DNA of 64,000 nucleotides from Clytia hemisphaerica (Eukaryota): NCBI RefSeq assembly GCF_902728285.1, contig NW_027104315.1, positions 162,032 to 226,031 of the forward strand, read 5' to 3'. Shown piece by piece: positions 49,507 to 62,600 of this stretch (position 1 is its first letter; each line of letters starts with the position of its first letter). The notes under the pieces were generated by a model. It saw only the letters and a program-made list of their open reading frames with translations, ran no database searches and was not told where the DNA came from. The position numbers and the translations under genes were made by a program.

Positions 49507-52500
49507 AGTTAAACATATATATTGATAATTTTTGGTATTTTAACGTGTTTTTTTTTTAGAATTGAAAGTTCGGGTGAGAATTGTAATTTCAGCACTTCAC
49601 TTCCCAGCTGCCACACAACGTTGTTTCAACCTTCATCTAACGTTATATGGACGTTGTGAACGTTAGATAAACGTTGAAACAACGTTGTGTGCCGGCTGGG
49701 TTTATTCCATTGATATTTCGATTTCGAGGTTCAACGGCTTCTAGGCTATATTCTCAACTTTATTGCAACAATTTTGACCATTTGCATCTTGAGATCCTAA
49801 GGTCGTAAGTTCTAAGTCTCATGTTATTAAAACTCGTTACAATAACTCTACATTTCACGCTTAAAAATCATTCGTAGTGTTTAAAATTTTGCAGGGAATT
49901 CCCCTTTTTATCAAATACAGGCCCGGCGGAACAACCGTAAAAGTGGATGGTCTATAGGCTCAAGATGAGATAGAATTTGTCGGGGATTGGAGAAAAAAGT
50001 CTATTTAGCTCAAAAGCCTCCTCAGCCTCCCCGCTTCCAAACGAGCCTGTTATATTACGCACTTTATTGTAGCCAAAATGGCAGGAAATTTGACTTAAAA
50101 TGTATATATATACGCATCCACAGTTATTGTTTAATAAGCACTTTTGGTACGATAATGTAACCTGTAAATATACACAACTAAAATTTGTTTCAACAACTGT
50201 TCAGATTTTTCATATAATACGAAAATTGAATGACCTTTTTAGTCACAATCTGGAAGTTCAAACCACTTCAACAAAACACTTAAACGTTACTTTTAAGGGG
50301 GGGTTTTAAGGGGTACTCAATACCGAATTACCGGCATTTTTTTCCCAAAATACCGGAATACCGGACAAAATAAACTTCAAACACCGTCACCGACAATTGT
50401 TAGAATTTATGTTATGTCTAATTCGTAAGGAAAGGCATTTCAACTGCAAGAATTGTTGACAAAAAAGAAGCAAGGGACACCCTGTTGAAACTTTCATTTT
50501 TCAACTGCTGTTATCTTCATTAGATGAACGATCTAATTTCGACGTACAAATAGCATAAAGGAAGCGAAGTTTAGTGACTAAGGAGGCGCAACCGTGGTTT
50601 GTGCCGGCAGGAGAAAATTTCGATATTTACACTTTTTTATTTGACTAAGAGCACTATGTTTTAGACTGTTCTACTATATAACAGAGTGCATCGAGAGCTT
50701 CTTTTCACGGAAATGTTGAAATTCTCATTTGAGTTCATATCTATCTCATCACCTTCCTTTGGGGAGAAAGGCCATTTGCGTGGTTGATTTATCAATACTG
50801 AGGAAGCGAATCGAAAAAAAGCCACTTGCACTACGGAAATATTTTATGAAAATAACGCGAGCGAAGCGAGTGCGAAAAAATTTAGCTAATCCAAAAAAAA
50901 AAAAAAAAACGTTTTGCAATGTAAAAAAAGAAAACTTGCAAAAATTATTTTTTTTCTATTAAAATACTCATTTTTTTGGCCTAAAACCACTCAAAAAGGC
51001 TGAAAAACACCAACAAATCACATTTCCAATATTTTGTTAATATCCTTGTTTAATTACAATTTGTCCTTTCCATTATTATTTACTTATTTTCTACTATATC
51101 TGAATTGGTTGTCTAATCTAAGGTCTCAAATAAAAGTCTCCCCCGTTTATTATTTTAAGGACCCGCCATTTATTTATTTTTCTGAAATATTTTCAGCTAT
51201 CAAAAGCGGTCTTTGAGCCCACTTTTTTATTCGGCCGCCCCTACTATTCGGAACCTTAGAGTAGTATGCTAGAATATCAAAGGACCATCATAAGAAAGGT
51301 TCATAAAGTACATAAGACTAGACTGGAGAATATCTTAAAGGTTTTCTTTTTACATAAGTGTTCCCGTTTCATATCAGATACATATTTCATTTCAGGACAG
51401 TATTGTTCCATTATGCTGATAGAAGCAAAAAATGTTTTTTTCCCTCTTTTTGACCAATCTTGCTCCACATCTTTGTCAATCCAATGTGAAAAAGCTTGTG
51501 AATTGAAATTGATGAGTAAGCAAACGATATCACTCTTATTTAAAAACAGAACCTTTTAATGACCCTTTTCCAAATAATAAAGAAATGTCTGAATAAAATA
51601 ATATCCGTGATGCAAGGAACGTTATGGGTGAAAAAGAAGAAGATGAAGGAAAAAGAAGCGAATCGACACTTTTATAATAAACATAAGAACAATGGAAGAT
51701 GACATTTTTAATATTTCTGTTGAACAAATTTAATGAGTTCCTTGCTGTTGCAAGTTAAATGCTTCCTTAATTACTATTGCTGCTTTTACATACATCCGAC
51801 CTAATCCAAAAGAATTGTCAATTCTTAGCTGTTTTTACTTATAAGAATATTAGGCAGACTAAAGCTGACTATAGCGACTCAAAAGCTCAGGAGACTTTTT
51901 AGCTAATAAAGGGCCCTCTCTCAAGCGATAGATTTATCAAGGTCTGAGTATAAAGCGTGATAAGCTGGTTCATTTAGCAGATGACCGAGAAAAGAATTTG
52001 GCGATAGAAGAATATATTTTTGGCCAAATAATTTTATCAAATTAAGCATAAAAGCCGTTTAGGCTTGGAATAGTACGAATCGGGGAGTCCATGAATCAAA
52101 TTTGGCATGAATTTTAATTTTGCACATAGTGACAAAATTACTTTTGGCGGGACGTTAATTTGGTGCATTTTCACTAAAACCGCAAATTCCGCCCAAAATT
52201 CTTTACTTTACAAAGGCTATGTCAAAAATATTGAGTACCTGATATAATGTTAATATTGGAAGTGTGTCTACAATGTGTGCTTATAAAATAGATCATTTCA
52301 TTTCCTTTATAAAGTGGCTTTTTGATTTTATTATAAGAAACGTAAATACAATTTTAATAAAAATTTTGTACCACTTGAAATTTGTTGAATTATGTATTTG
52401 AGTTAAAATGTTAAAAGCTACTAAAAGGGGTTAATGATTAGTTAGTTTTCGTAAAACTATTTTTCCTTTCTAGGACTCGCATTGTTCATAATGCTAACAA

Positions 52501-54587
52501 TTATGTTTTCCTGAAACTATTATGCTTATAACATCAACAAATCATAGGTATTACAAATAGATAATTATGTAAAACACCATTATACGTCATCAGAAATCAA
52601 CTCATTTGTTTTAGAAGATAGGCAGACGTTTTCCTTATAAGAGCATCCAAATTTTTTTATTTTAACTTACTTTTGGAGTTTTAACTCTAAAAAAAGTTCT
52701 TAATGTATTCCTATTTTCAGCATACTTTGTTTAGTTTGCTGAGGTTGGGTGTTTGGAGTCTACAAAGCCTTAAAATCTTCTTAACTTGTTCATAATAATT
52801 TGATATCGAAGCCTTATGTTCTTATATAGTTTGTTCTTATAAAAAACGTGTAGAATATTATTTTCTTATATTGATGTTTTGTTTGTATCTCTGCAATGCT
52901 AATTTGGTTAAAACGAATATACAGTGCAATTTAGTAATTATTCTCTTGCCATGACAATTACACAGAATTGAAATTAGCTATGCATTTTTGTTTTCTTTTT
53001 TATTCAAACAGTCATTATTCGAAACGTTTTCTGGATATTTCATTTTCAATTTTGAGATATTGAAGATTATGAAAAAAAGAAGTTGAATCGGTGACGGTTT
53101 CGACGGGCTTGGGATTTTTGCAAAGACGATTGTTTCATCTTTTTATCTTTGGCAGTTGAAAAATTTGATATTTTTTCATTAGAGGAAGACTTCCTGCAAA
53201 AAATTAGAAAATAAATTACTTGGCAGACACTGAACTATATTATATTTCACTGACGGTGTCTTTTTTATGGATATTTCTTGGAATGTGAAACTGTTTGACG
53301 GGTTTGGTATCATATTTAACAACAAGAAGATAAATTGTTTGTTTTTATAGCCATTATATATCAATAACAATTTTCTGAGTGGGTGTTAGGTAATAAGTTA
53401 AAGCAATTAGACACGAATTACACGAATATTACTAGTCATTTTATTAACACGAATTGAAAAATTTCTTTAAAAAACCCCTTAATTAAAACCAGCCGTGTTA
53501 TTAAAACCAATTCGTGTTATTTTTTTGCGTGTTAATTTCAAGGCCGTTGATACTTGCCTAGTAATATTCGTGTAATAAGGTAGTTAGCACATTCTAGTGG
53601 TGTAAATCAGCTTTTTATTTTTTCGTTAAAACTCACTGGAAGATGGAAAAAGATAACGTTATCACTGTGGCAAAGACCCACTAGAAAATCTAGCCGAAAT
53701 TTCGTCCCCGGTTGGAAAAATACCCTACAATTTCAGCCCCACTCTGGGAAATTGACTTTAATTCCCTCCCTATTGGATGTAAAAATTGCACTCCAAAACC
53801 ATTCCCACTTACTTTTTTTAAGTTTGGAACAAGAAACTTTCTATCCCCATTGGGTTCTATAAAAACCTTTATCCGTGCTGGTGAAGAAAAGTTCCTCCAG
53901 GGCTGCGAGACAGTGGTGTGCTATCTCAATTATCCCTGTTCTGGCCCATTGCTATTTATTATAACTACTGTATTTCTTTGATTCGAATCCTGAATTTTCA
54001 TAAGAACTCGAATCTGTCATACCATCGCCATCTAAGGCAAAATGTATATCTCGTGATCCAAGCCACGATAAACTTCCAATATAAATATCACCGGGTTGAT
54101 AAACTTAATTAGATTAATCTTGCCAAAAAGTCTTGATCTTTTACTTCCTACAATCATGGTCGAGATATATTGACATTTTGGTGTATTTTAACGTTTTTTA
54201 GAATTTAAAGTTCGGGCGAGCACTTCAACTTTCTTTCATTGAATATTTCGCTTTTGGAGGGGCTGGCTTCTAGGCTATATTCCAAGCCTTAATGAAGCAA
54301 ATTTGAGCTTTTAAATACTGAGATCCTGAGGTCCTAAGTCTCATGTTTAAACACAGCATTTTCTCAAATATTTTGTCCATGATTGTAGAACCTAGCCTGT
54401 TAGACGAAAACCGCTTTTTTATCGCTAGAATAAAATTCTACAATGCGGGAAAATCTGAATGAAATTACTATTCATTGGATTGTATTTAATTACTGGCGAC
54501 TATTAAGAAAAAGGTTAATTGGTTACTGGTAGGCATTGCGTAATTGAAAGGAATTCAATTAGTAGAGAATGACTGGCAAATGACAGG

Positions 54588-54790
54588 TATGTGCGGGTGG
54601 GACCTTACAAAACCAACCCTTACATTGAAAAAGTGCCTCTTAAAGAAACTTTTTTGAAAATATTTCTTCGATTTTTGAATAGTTTTCTATTCTAAGAGAA
54701 ACTTTTCAAATTTTTAACCCTTAGAAAGAATTTGGAAGGTGAAAAATCCGACCCTATCGTCCGCACATACCCAGCACCCACTTGCTTAAG
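54588..54790. mobile_element. MITE (TIR GGTATGTGCGGG…), related to the 1510-1830 family
   Basis: ggtatgtgcgggtggg at 54588 versus ccgcacatacc at 54765-54776; shared cccttaca subrepeat. Confidence 0.4.
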
Positions 54791-54919
54791 TACCCCCATC
54801 CCCGGGCTGGAAAACTGTTTCAACGGTCATCTAATTTTTTTTGTTGTTATTATTTGATGATATCACGTGCTTACTAAGGTTGGTGGACTCACTGTGTAGC
54901 TCATGTAAAAAAGTTTTAC

Positions 54920-55022
54920 CCTATGGGCACGCAACGTCTTATGGACATTCAATGGACGGCTTTAAGACCTTTGGACGTCCTAGAAACGTACATTAGACGT
55001 CCAAAAGACGTTTGTGCCCATT
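54920..55022. mobile_element. About 100-bp MITE (TIR ATGGGCACGCAACGTCTTATGGAC)
   Basis: 54920-54945 versus 54998-55022 inverted. Confidence 0.5.
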
Positions 55023-57004
55023 GAAAAGGAGAGTAAGCAAACGAAAAGCAGCCTTCTCATACCGTATGGAAATTTCAGTATAGCTCTAAAATATGCTGGA
55101 AAATTAAATTCAGCCCCTGGAAATTCAACAAAAACGCCCCGTTCAATCCTGAAAAATGGAATAATATATGCCTGGTAATCTTGGAGAGCACAAGCTCAAA
55201 TCAAACTCCCTGAAAAAGTCTGATTACTTAGAATTCTGGAAAAATGGAAAATTCTTCTCGGAATTTTATACAACTCTTTACTTTGGATATGAAATTGAAA
55301 GGTCATTTGTTAAACAGGAGCGTTAAGTTTTTTCAATGTCTGAATTTTGTATCTTTTTTTTCCATCTCGTGTCTGACTCCACCACAGGAAACGGTTTGTG
55401 GTTATAAGGGAAGGGTCAAAATAATAATATAACACTCTTATGAAATAATAAACCTAAAATTTTCCTTGTTTTGACCAAAAATGTAGGTTTTAAATGTAGA
55501 TCCTTTGTTGGTTATCCTTTTACGTATATTTTCAAGAATAAAGTTATGTTTTTAGACGTCAAATGATATCTGATCAACAATTTTTGATATTTATATGAGG
55601 AAAGGGTCAAAGAAATTTCAGATGTTAAAAGATTTTGATCTGGTTTAGGCTCAATGAAAATAAATGTGACATGGGAGAGGGGTATATAGAATTGAAAAAT
55701 TAAAGAAAATTGTAAATGTTATCTATCACCATGGCTCTATCAAAGTGTCAAGATAAATTTATTCAGAACTAAAGTCAAATTAGCCAATTAGCAAGGAGTT
55801 GCAGGCAAAACTCGTTAGGAGTCCCAAAAGCGGGAAAGGTTTTTTTTTTTAAACTCCGATCAAAGATTTTGCTTGTCCGGGATTGAGAAACTTGGTCCAG
55901 GGAATATAAAGGTCAGTGGTTCCGAGGGATAAATCACGAGAGAAAAGTTTACGAGACCGAAAGATGTTTTGGAAGTTATGGGATTTTTTGGGATCTTAAA
56001 AATTTTTTTTAAGAGAATTACGAGTAATTTATCCATTCGGTCTGTTTACAGCTCCAAAATTCTAGTAAATTCATTAAATTACAGTAAATGCCGAGTGACG
56101 ATAAAGCTTTAGGGTTACCGAGTATCATTTTATGAATTTATCGGTTTTTGGGGGAAAAATATTGTAACAGGGACTAGTTTTAGGCCTATAAATCCGTTTT
56201 TCTTATAATTAATAAGTTCTTACAGTAAAATCTTAAACTGAATATCCCAAATAGCTTCTCTCAGCTGATTAAGCCTTACTTTCCTCGCATACAAGCGTTG
56301 GTATATTCTTTGCAGCTCCAGGTATCCAGGAGTGCCGAAGCATAGAAGTCAATCAATAGCTTGTTGTTTATATATATAATCAGGCCGTTATTCTTGATTT
56401 CTAGGACCTCGTTATTCAGAGTTGTTTATATTTTAAATATGACAAAAATTCTGAACTCGAAAAATATATCCCATATTGTACTCTGCACCGTGCAATAACT
56501 ATTACATATTCCTATTTTAGAATGTATTCCATATTCAAGCTTTCAGAAGTTTTGCAGCAGAAGGGAAGAGTTGTTTTTTTTTCAAAAAAATATCAAATAA
56601 AAAATAAAAAATTAATAATAAAAATAACCACTTTATCTTTTATTTTTAGAATTATACAAAGTTCTAAAAAAGAAGAAATAAATAAAATTCAAAACCTCAC
56701 AATCACATTGCTAAGTTCAGTGGTCAAAGCATATGTGTGACATTGGTTTAGGGTGATATTTTTGGACCAAAAAAACTGAAAGAGAAAACACACGAGTGCA
56801 AAACATAGCTGCTACACTTTCACTACATGCTGGATTGACTAAAGGTACACAACTTAAGGGAAACATTTAAGCAAACTATAAGCAAAACACTTTACAGAAA
56901 CGCACAACAAAACTTAAAAATCATAAAATCGTCATGTTGTGAATTTTAAAGACCGGAATCGCGACGCAGTCACTAACTCATAGACAATTCATATTGAGAG
57001 CACC

Positions 57005-57820
57005 ATGTCATCGGAGCAGTTCTTATCACCAGAGATGATGAGTCATCAGGATCCTTTACCAACTGATCTAAACGAGACAAACGAGACACTCCATCAACTA
57101 ACCTTTATCACCAGATACGAAAATATACATTGCACTCTTACTGACGTATTAGAATCGTACGTCATTCCGTCAATCGGTGCCGTCATCGTCATTTTTAACG
57201 TCGTAGTTATTTATTACATGTTGAGATATCGACGTTGCCGACAGCATAACCCGATTGCTACCGTATATATGATAAACATGGTTATCGGCGACTTATTTGT
57301 CGGTCTTGTTATCATTCTCGTGAAATCTACCGACTACGCTTTCGAATCCCGACAACACGAATTCTCATACGACAAATATATGTTATTTAGAGATTGCATC
57401 ATTCGTTTATCGCTTTTCATCTCCGTGTTGAATCTTATACCACTGACTTTAGATCGTGTATGGGCTGTTAAGTATCCGATTTCACACCGACAGAGTAAAA
57501 AGACGATTGCTATTAAAATTTGTATCGCTGTATGGTTTCTTGCTATTTTATTTATCGCGATCATGTATTTATTCCATTTTACGAGGAATCTTGATCACTT
57601 TGCTTTAAACAGACTGATTTTCCCGCTCGCTACTTTCCCGACAACTCTCGTATTCATCGTTTGCTATATCGTTATTTTTCGGGAACTACGACGAAGTCGT
57701 CAGTACCGAGAACGCTCGGGATCCCGAAGTGCGAACATGATGCATGTAACGAGTCAGTTAAGTGTTGAATCAAGATCAAGCAGTATCATCAGTCTCGGTA
57801 AATTTGATGAAAAGCGAGGA
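57005..57820 (+). CDS. Class-A (rhodopsin-like) GPCR exon 1: N-terminus with NETNET glycosylation sites, TM1-TM5, DRV(W) variant of the DRY motif, ICL3
   Basis: ORF 57005..57847 with several 20-25 aa hydrophobic segments, LTLDRVWAVKYP after TM3, basic ICL3; donor gag|gtacgg. Confidence 0.75.
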
Positions 57821-57877
57821 GAGGTACGGAAATCTTTATTACAGTAAACCATAGGATAGGAGGAACGAGCAATAGCG

Positions 57878-58017
57878 TAGACAGGAAGGGCGCAAAATTT
57901 GTGTAGGAGAGCAAATTTTGTGGAAACTGATTATCTATTCATAATGTAAAAATATAATTAGAGTGTCATAAAAATCTGCTCTCCTACTCAAATTTTGCGC
58001 CCCACCTGTCTACGCTA
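57878..58017. mobile_element. Small MITE inside the GPCR intron (TIR AGCGTAGACAGG-GGGCGCAAAATTTG-GTAGGAGAGCA)
   Basis: 57878-57917 versus 57978-58017 inverted. Confidence 0.55.
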
Positions 58018-58400
58018 CTGAATGAGTATACTCTAACCCCTGACCTAAGTGGCTCGGTTACCTAACAAAATCTACAAGGGGGACTATGAAAATAGTAAAA
58101 TTTCATCAGTTTGACTTTGCAAAAAACGTTTACCTCGATCTTCGCCGGGAGGGGGGATAAATCTCCAGCGTGTTCATTTATCACCCCATCGGGCCTTAAA
58201 ATTAGGTCCTTTTGACAACTTTTTTCACCGAGTTATCCACCGGGCTGGATATGACCGGGTTACTGACACAAGGGAGAATTCGTATCTCTTCTTTATGTTA
58301 CGAAATTAGGTTGCACAGTGGACCTTATCATTTTAGGGTCTTTTATATTGGCTGAAAATTTAAAGAAATAATCCAAATTTTCCACCATTTATTTTTTCAG

Positions 58401-58775
58401 GTCAAATTCGTACAACTTGCTGTCAAAACTGTTGTCATATTCATTTTATGTTGGTTTCCCATAGCAACGTGCGGTATGGCAAACTGTAATTATAAACTCG
58501 AATCTATATTTATGATACTCGGCTTTGCAAACGCCGCTGTTACGCCATTAATCTATTACACGCATTTACGGCAAGCGTTGGGCCGCCGTATACGAAGATT
58601 AACGTCTCGACGGCAACCGTCAGCTGCACCGCTAGCGTTGAGTAAATCCGTTTGTACGGTAATCGGACGAATTGACCGACAAGTGGAGGATACACCGACA
58701 AGCGTACGGAAAGGGAATTGTAGTATTATAGCAGCATCCGAGAATAACAGACTGGTTGTTGCTAGATCATATTAA
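58401..58775 (+). CDS. GPCR exon 2: TM6 (FILCWFP, CWxP motif), TM7 (NAAVTPLIYY, NPxxY variant), C-terminal tail, stop
   Basis: Acceptor attttttcag|; in-frame continuation VKFVQLAVKTVVIFILCWFP; ORF 58476..58775 covers the 3' part. Confidence 0.75.
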   Translation, partial: VKFVQLAVKTVVIFILCWFPIATCGMANCNYKLESIFMILGFANAAVTPLIYYTHLRQALGRRIRRLTSRRQPSAAPLALSKSVCTVIGRIDRQVEDTPTSVRKGNCSIIAASENNRLVVARSY

Positions 58776-59009
58776 CGAATTTCCCGGTCGATATTTGGAT
58801 GACACTATAGAGCAACATAATGGCTGTTGTTTGGTCGTTGTAAGAAATTCTATGTTTGGATTGTTGGAATGGGTCCCGGTGAAAACAAAATACGAAAGAC
58901 AATTCTCCGATAAAAATAAATTCTCAAATTCAAACTGGGCGTTACAGGAGGGCCTTGCCCTTCATGACCCATGTCGGATATGTTCGTCATCGGTCTTGAA
59001 AATATTAAA

Positions 59010-59035
59010 TAAATTGAATAAATTTTTAATTTGAT
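59010..59035 (+). promoter_or_regulatory. Two AATAAA hexamers about 240-260 nt downstream of the GPCR stop; putative polyadenylation signals
   Basis: aaatattaaataaattgaataaattt; position is appropriate for a 3' UTR. Confidence 0.3.
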
Positions 59036-60254
59036 ATGTTATTATTTTTATTATATTTCATTTATCAAATGAAATTTTTTAATTAATTTATTGATCAAGG
59101 AAGATATTATTAATGACAATGGAAAAGCGAAAATATTGCTTCAAATAATATTGTACTTTTATCGTCAACATGAAACAAATATGAGCAATCTGATTGGTTA
59201 AAAACGTGTGAATAAATGCTGTATTTCATATTGTATCGTACAAATACAAGGCCGCGTTCAAAAAGGGGTCTGGTACACACTTCTACTCGTACCCCCATCG
59301 TAATCCCCATCGAGTTTCAGTCCGATATTTTTATCCCCACCCACTGGCTGAAAAAATCCTACCGGGTCTGTGAGAAGGGGGTTTGTAAATGTTATGCTAG
59401 GTATTTGGAAATCTTGAAGGGAGCTTTTAAGGGTCTTTAGTGAAAACTTATTTTGGCGAATAAATAAATGACATAATAAATCCGTCAAATTAAGCCTAAG
59501 AAAGGCTTTTTGGTAAAATTAGGGTTTAATTTAAACACCCCTGTGTCACAGACCCGCTGGAAAATCTGGCAAATATTTTCCCCGGTAGGAAAACACCCTG
59601 GGATTTCAGCCTTACTGGGAAATTAACTTTGATTTCATCCCCACTCGAAATTAAATGTTTAAAGATTGCACTCCAAAACCATCCCAACTGGATTTTTTAA
59701 CCTTTGAACAATAGAACTTCTATCCCTTTTTGAATTTCAATAGGAACTTTTATCCCCATTGAGGAAAAAAAGTTCCACCAGGGCCGTGAGACAGGGGTAT
59801 ATTTAAAAAGTTTGGCGGTTTAGATACTTATTTTGGCGACGCAAGAATTATTTCAACTTTGGTGAAAACTAATTTTGGCGAGAACTAATGGTTATCGCCA
59901 AACTTAGCTCCCTTAAGGTATAGAAAAGAAAAGTTCTGCGAGTGTTAGTTTATTTTGGAAAGGTCGAAGATTTCTGTCTAGGCCTTGGGGTTTTAAAAGG
60001 GGGCCTTTTAAACTTAATGGATAAGATATAAAAGAGAATCTCGTAAAATGTCGTAAAAAACAGTTGATTACTTTTTTGTTTGTCATTTTGCAAAGGTTGA
60101 TCTAAAAGAAAGTAGGCAGATCCAATAAAAGAGATGTGACTGTCTTGTCCTGTATTCCTATCAAGGAAAAATCTATTCACAATAACAGTGATATCAGTGC
60201 AATACAAACCAAACAGAAAATAAATAAAAAACAATATATATTAATTATAAAAAA

Positions 60255-60905
60255 TGCTACAAATATATCTACCGGGTGACCCACGAAAAAGTTCGGACGT
60301 TTCTCGGCGTCTTGAGGCCGAACAAATGTCCCAAAGTGCTTGGAGTTTTATTATTTAAAAAGTAGATATCCTAACTTAAAATTTGAGCTATCACTTTTTA
60401 AATTTGACCAACTAGTTCTCTACTTATGACCTTTTAAACTCAAAATTCACTTTTCGGAAAGTGTAAAAAACACGTAAAAAAGAGGTATTAAATTAATGCA
60501 ATCAATTAGAAAATCTCTTATAAATTGACTTATTTAACGAGTTTTATGACATTAATAATTATTAAAAACACCTTTTAAAGTAGTTTTTGTTTAAACCAAG
60601 ACTAGTTTTTATCAAAATTGGCACTTTCAAGGACTTTTCTCAAAAACTGTATATCAGAAACGTCTAAAAATACCTAATTTGATACCCCTTTTTTACCTGT
60701 TTTTTACACTTTCCGAAAAGTGAATTTTGAGTTTAAAAGCTCATAACTAGGGAACTTGTGCGTCAAATTTAAAAAGTAATGGCTCGGATTTTAAGTTAGG
60801 ATATCTACTTTCTAAATAATAAAACTCCAAGCACTTTGGGACATTTGTTCGGCCTCAAGACGCCGAGAAACGTCCGAACTTTTTCGTGGGTCACCCGGTA
60901 GTCTA
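60255..60905. mobile_element. Foldback-type element: about 120-bp near-perfect TIRs plus further internal inverted symmetry
   Basis: ctaccgggtgacccacgaaaaagttcggacgtttctcggcgtcttgaggccgaacaaatgtcccaaagtgcttggagtttt… and its reverse complement at 60785-60905; inner pair 60400-60480 versus 60690-60760. Confidence 0.75.
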
Positions 60906-62297
60906 AGTAAGTCTAGTCTAAAAAACGAAACAATGAAACGTTAGCTTGTGATGAAGAATAATGCTTTCGATTTCAATTTATTTCAAATGTGACTGAATTC
61001 GCTGCTACCCAACTACAATGACAACGTATTTTCTGGATTCAATGAAACAGCTTAATGTGTGAAAAATGTGCTTGAATAAAAGCCGATGACCTTAACCCTT
61101 CAAACCAAAGTGGCATATAAATGTTGAAAATTAGCCAATATACCGCGTACCAGACTTTAGGCCATAACTCCGGACCAATCTTAAAAAGGCTTATAAAATG
61201 CTTTTTGAAATATTACAAAAATGCCTTTCTAATAATATTACCAAGTGCGGCAAATACCAAAAAAAAAAATTATATGTAGAATTAAAAAGAACTTTTCCCC
61301 GTAAAGTATTTTGTACCCAAAGAAAATAAAAACATAAAGTAAATAAATAACTTATTGCTAAATATTTATAATAACTATTTACACTCAATAAGTAATCAAA
61401 CTTTACATTGTGCCTATAAGGGGCGTTTTAGATCAGATAGGACCCCTCCCAACTAAAAAAACCTGAGCCAGACCTTACCTTAATATCCTAATTGACGTAC
61501 CTTTTGAAAATGAAATGGAAACATTGCTCGAAACACACCATAATGAGTTGTTTTTGTTAAGGTGAAGACAAAATATATGATATTATATCCAAATTGTTTT
61601 TCAACAGAAGAAGATTGATTTTGCAACTACATCTCTAAAATTTCTATACCGCAAAAAATGAAAACATAGATTTTTTTCGTTTCTAAGAAAAAACAAACTT
61701 CAAATGGAATTAACACAATTTCAGTAAAAGAAAAAGTTCGGGTTAACTGGAAAGCTCTATTCAAGGTATTTTCGACATGTCGAAATTCGGTCCTCAAACA
61801 ATGTACAATCGTGCTATCCCATTGCGTTATAATACCACATAATGCCTGTTTCAGTGCTTTAGGAAGCATTTTGATATTGGGAGGGCTGAAGTTTAGTGAC
61901 ATCGCGAGGGCCAACCATGGTTTGGCCCGATAGGGAAAATTTTGAAAATTTGAGCTCTAGATTGCTTGAAAATGCACTCTTTGGACAATTATGACAAATC
62001 AAAAAAGAAAATCTTTGCATTTTGCCAAATAACCATTTTTGAAAAAAATTATTGGGGGGGGGGGGGTGGGCATACCCTACTAGCCCCCCAGTTGCTACGG
62101 CACTGTGTTTAGGAGATAAAATATTATTCAAAATATTATACAAAAGTGTACAAAAACAAACAAACAAGAGTTGCCAAAATGGTTATTCAAGAAGTCTCTT
62201 CTCTTTGGTATTAAATGTTTTCGTAGTTTTATACATCTGACATTATTGTTGTCGAAAGAAAATTGCATTCGTACCCCATTTTCTCAGTTGTCCAAGT

Positions 62298-62600
62298 TTA
62301 TACATCTGAACGACATGTTTTTAAATTGTAGACCATTGAATTATTATTAGCCGCTAGGAAGGTATCTTCTGTTGGATTAGAGGCTAAACACGTATAACCT
62401 TGCGCTCGATGATTGAAAAAGCCGTAAATATTTTCCCCGGTTTCGGCGTCGAAGAGCCTCAAAGTACCATCTTCTGAAGCTGTCAATATTTGTTTCTCAT
62501 TGTTCAAAAGTAAAGCATCTTGTCCAGTACTTTCATGGCCTGTGTGATAAAATAAATTCTTAATATGAGTAAGCCAATTTTCTAACGAAAATGCCAGAGA
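62298..62600 (-). CDS. Paralogous NWD-like terminal WD40 exon (…LNNEKQILTASEDGTLRLFDAETGENIYGFFNHRAQGYTCLASNPTEDTFLAANNN… stop). May be the last exon of a second NWD gene whose body lies beyond 64000, or a pseudogene fragment
   Basis: ORF 62298..62651 (-) aligns residue-by-residue with + strand exon 49142-49506 (DGTLR-FD-ETGEN-Y-FFNHRA..YT-LA..P...TFLAAN); 5' boundary not resolved. Confidence 0.5.
   Translation of the reverse strand, partial: SLAFSLENWLTHIKNLFYHTGHESTGQDALLLNNEKQILTASEDGTLRLFDAETGENIYGFFNHRAQGYTCLASNPTEDTFLAANNNSMVYNLKTCRSDV

Noticed and set aside
51266-51559. 97-aa ORF in the 50-57 kb intergenic stretch
   Set aside because: Low-complexity, AT-rich, Lys/Phe-biased translation, no motifs and no flanking splice signals. 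Treated as noise.
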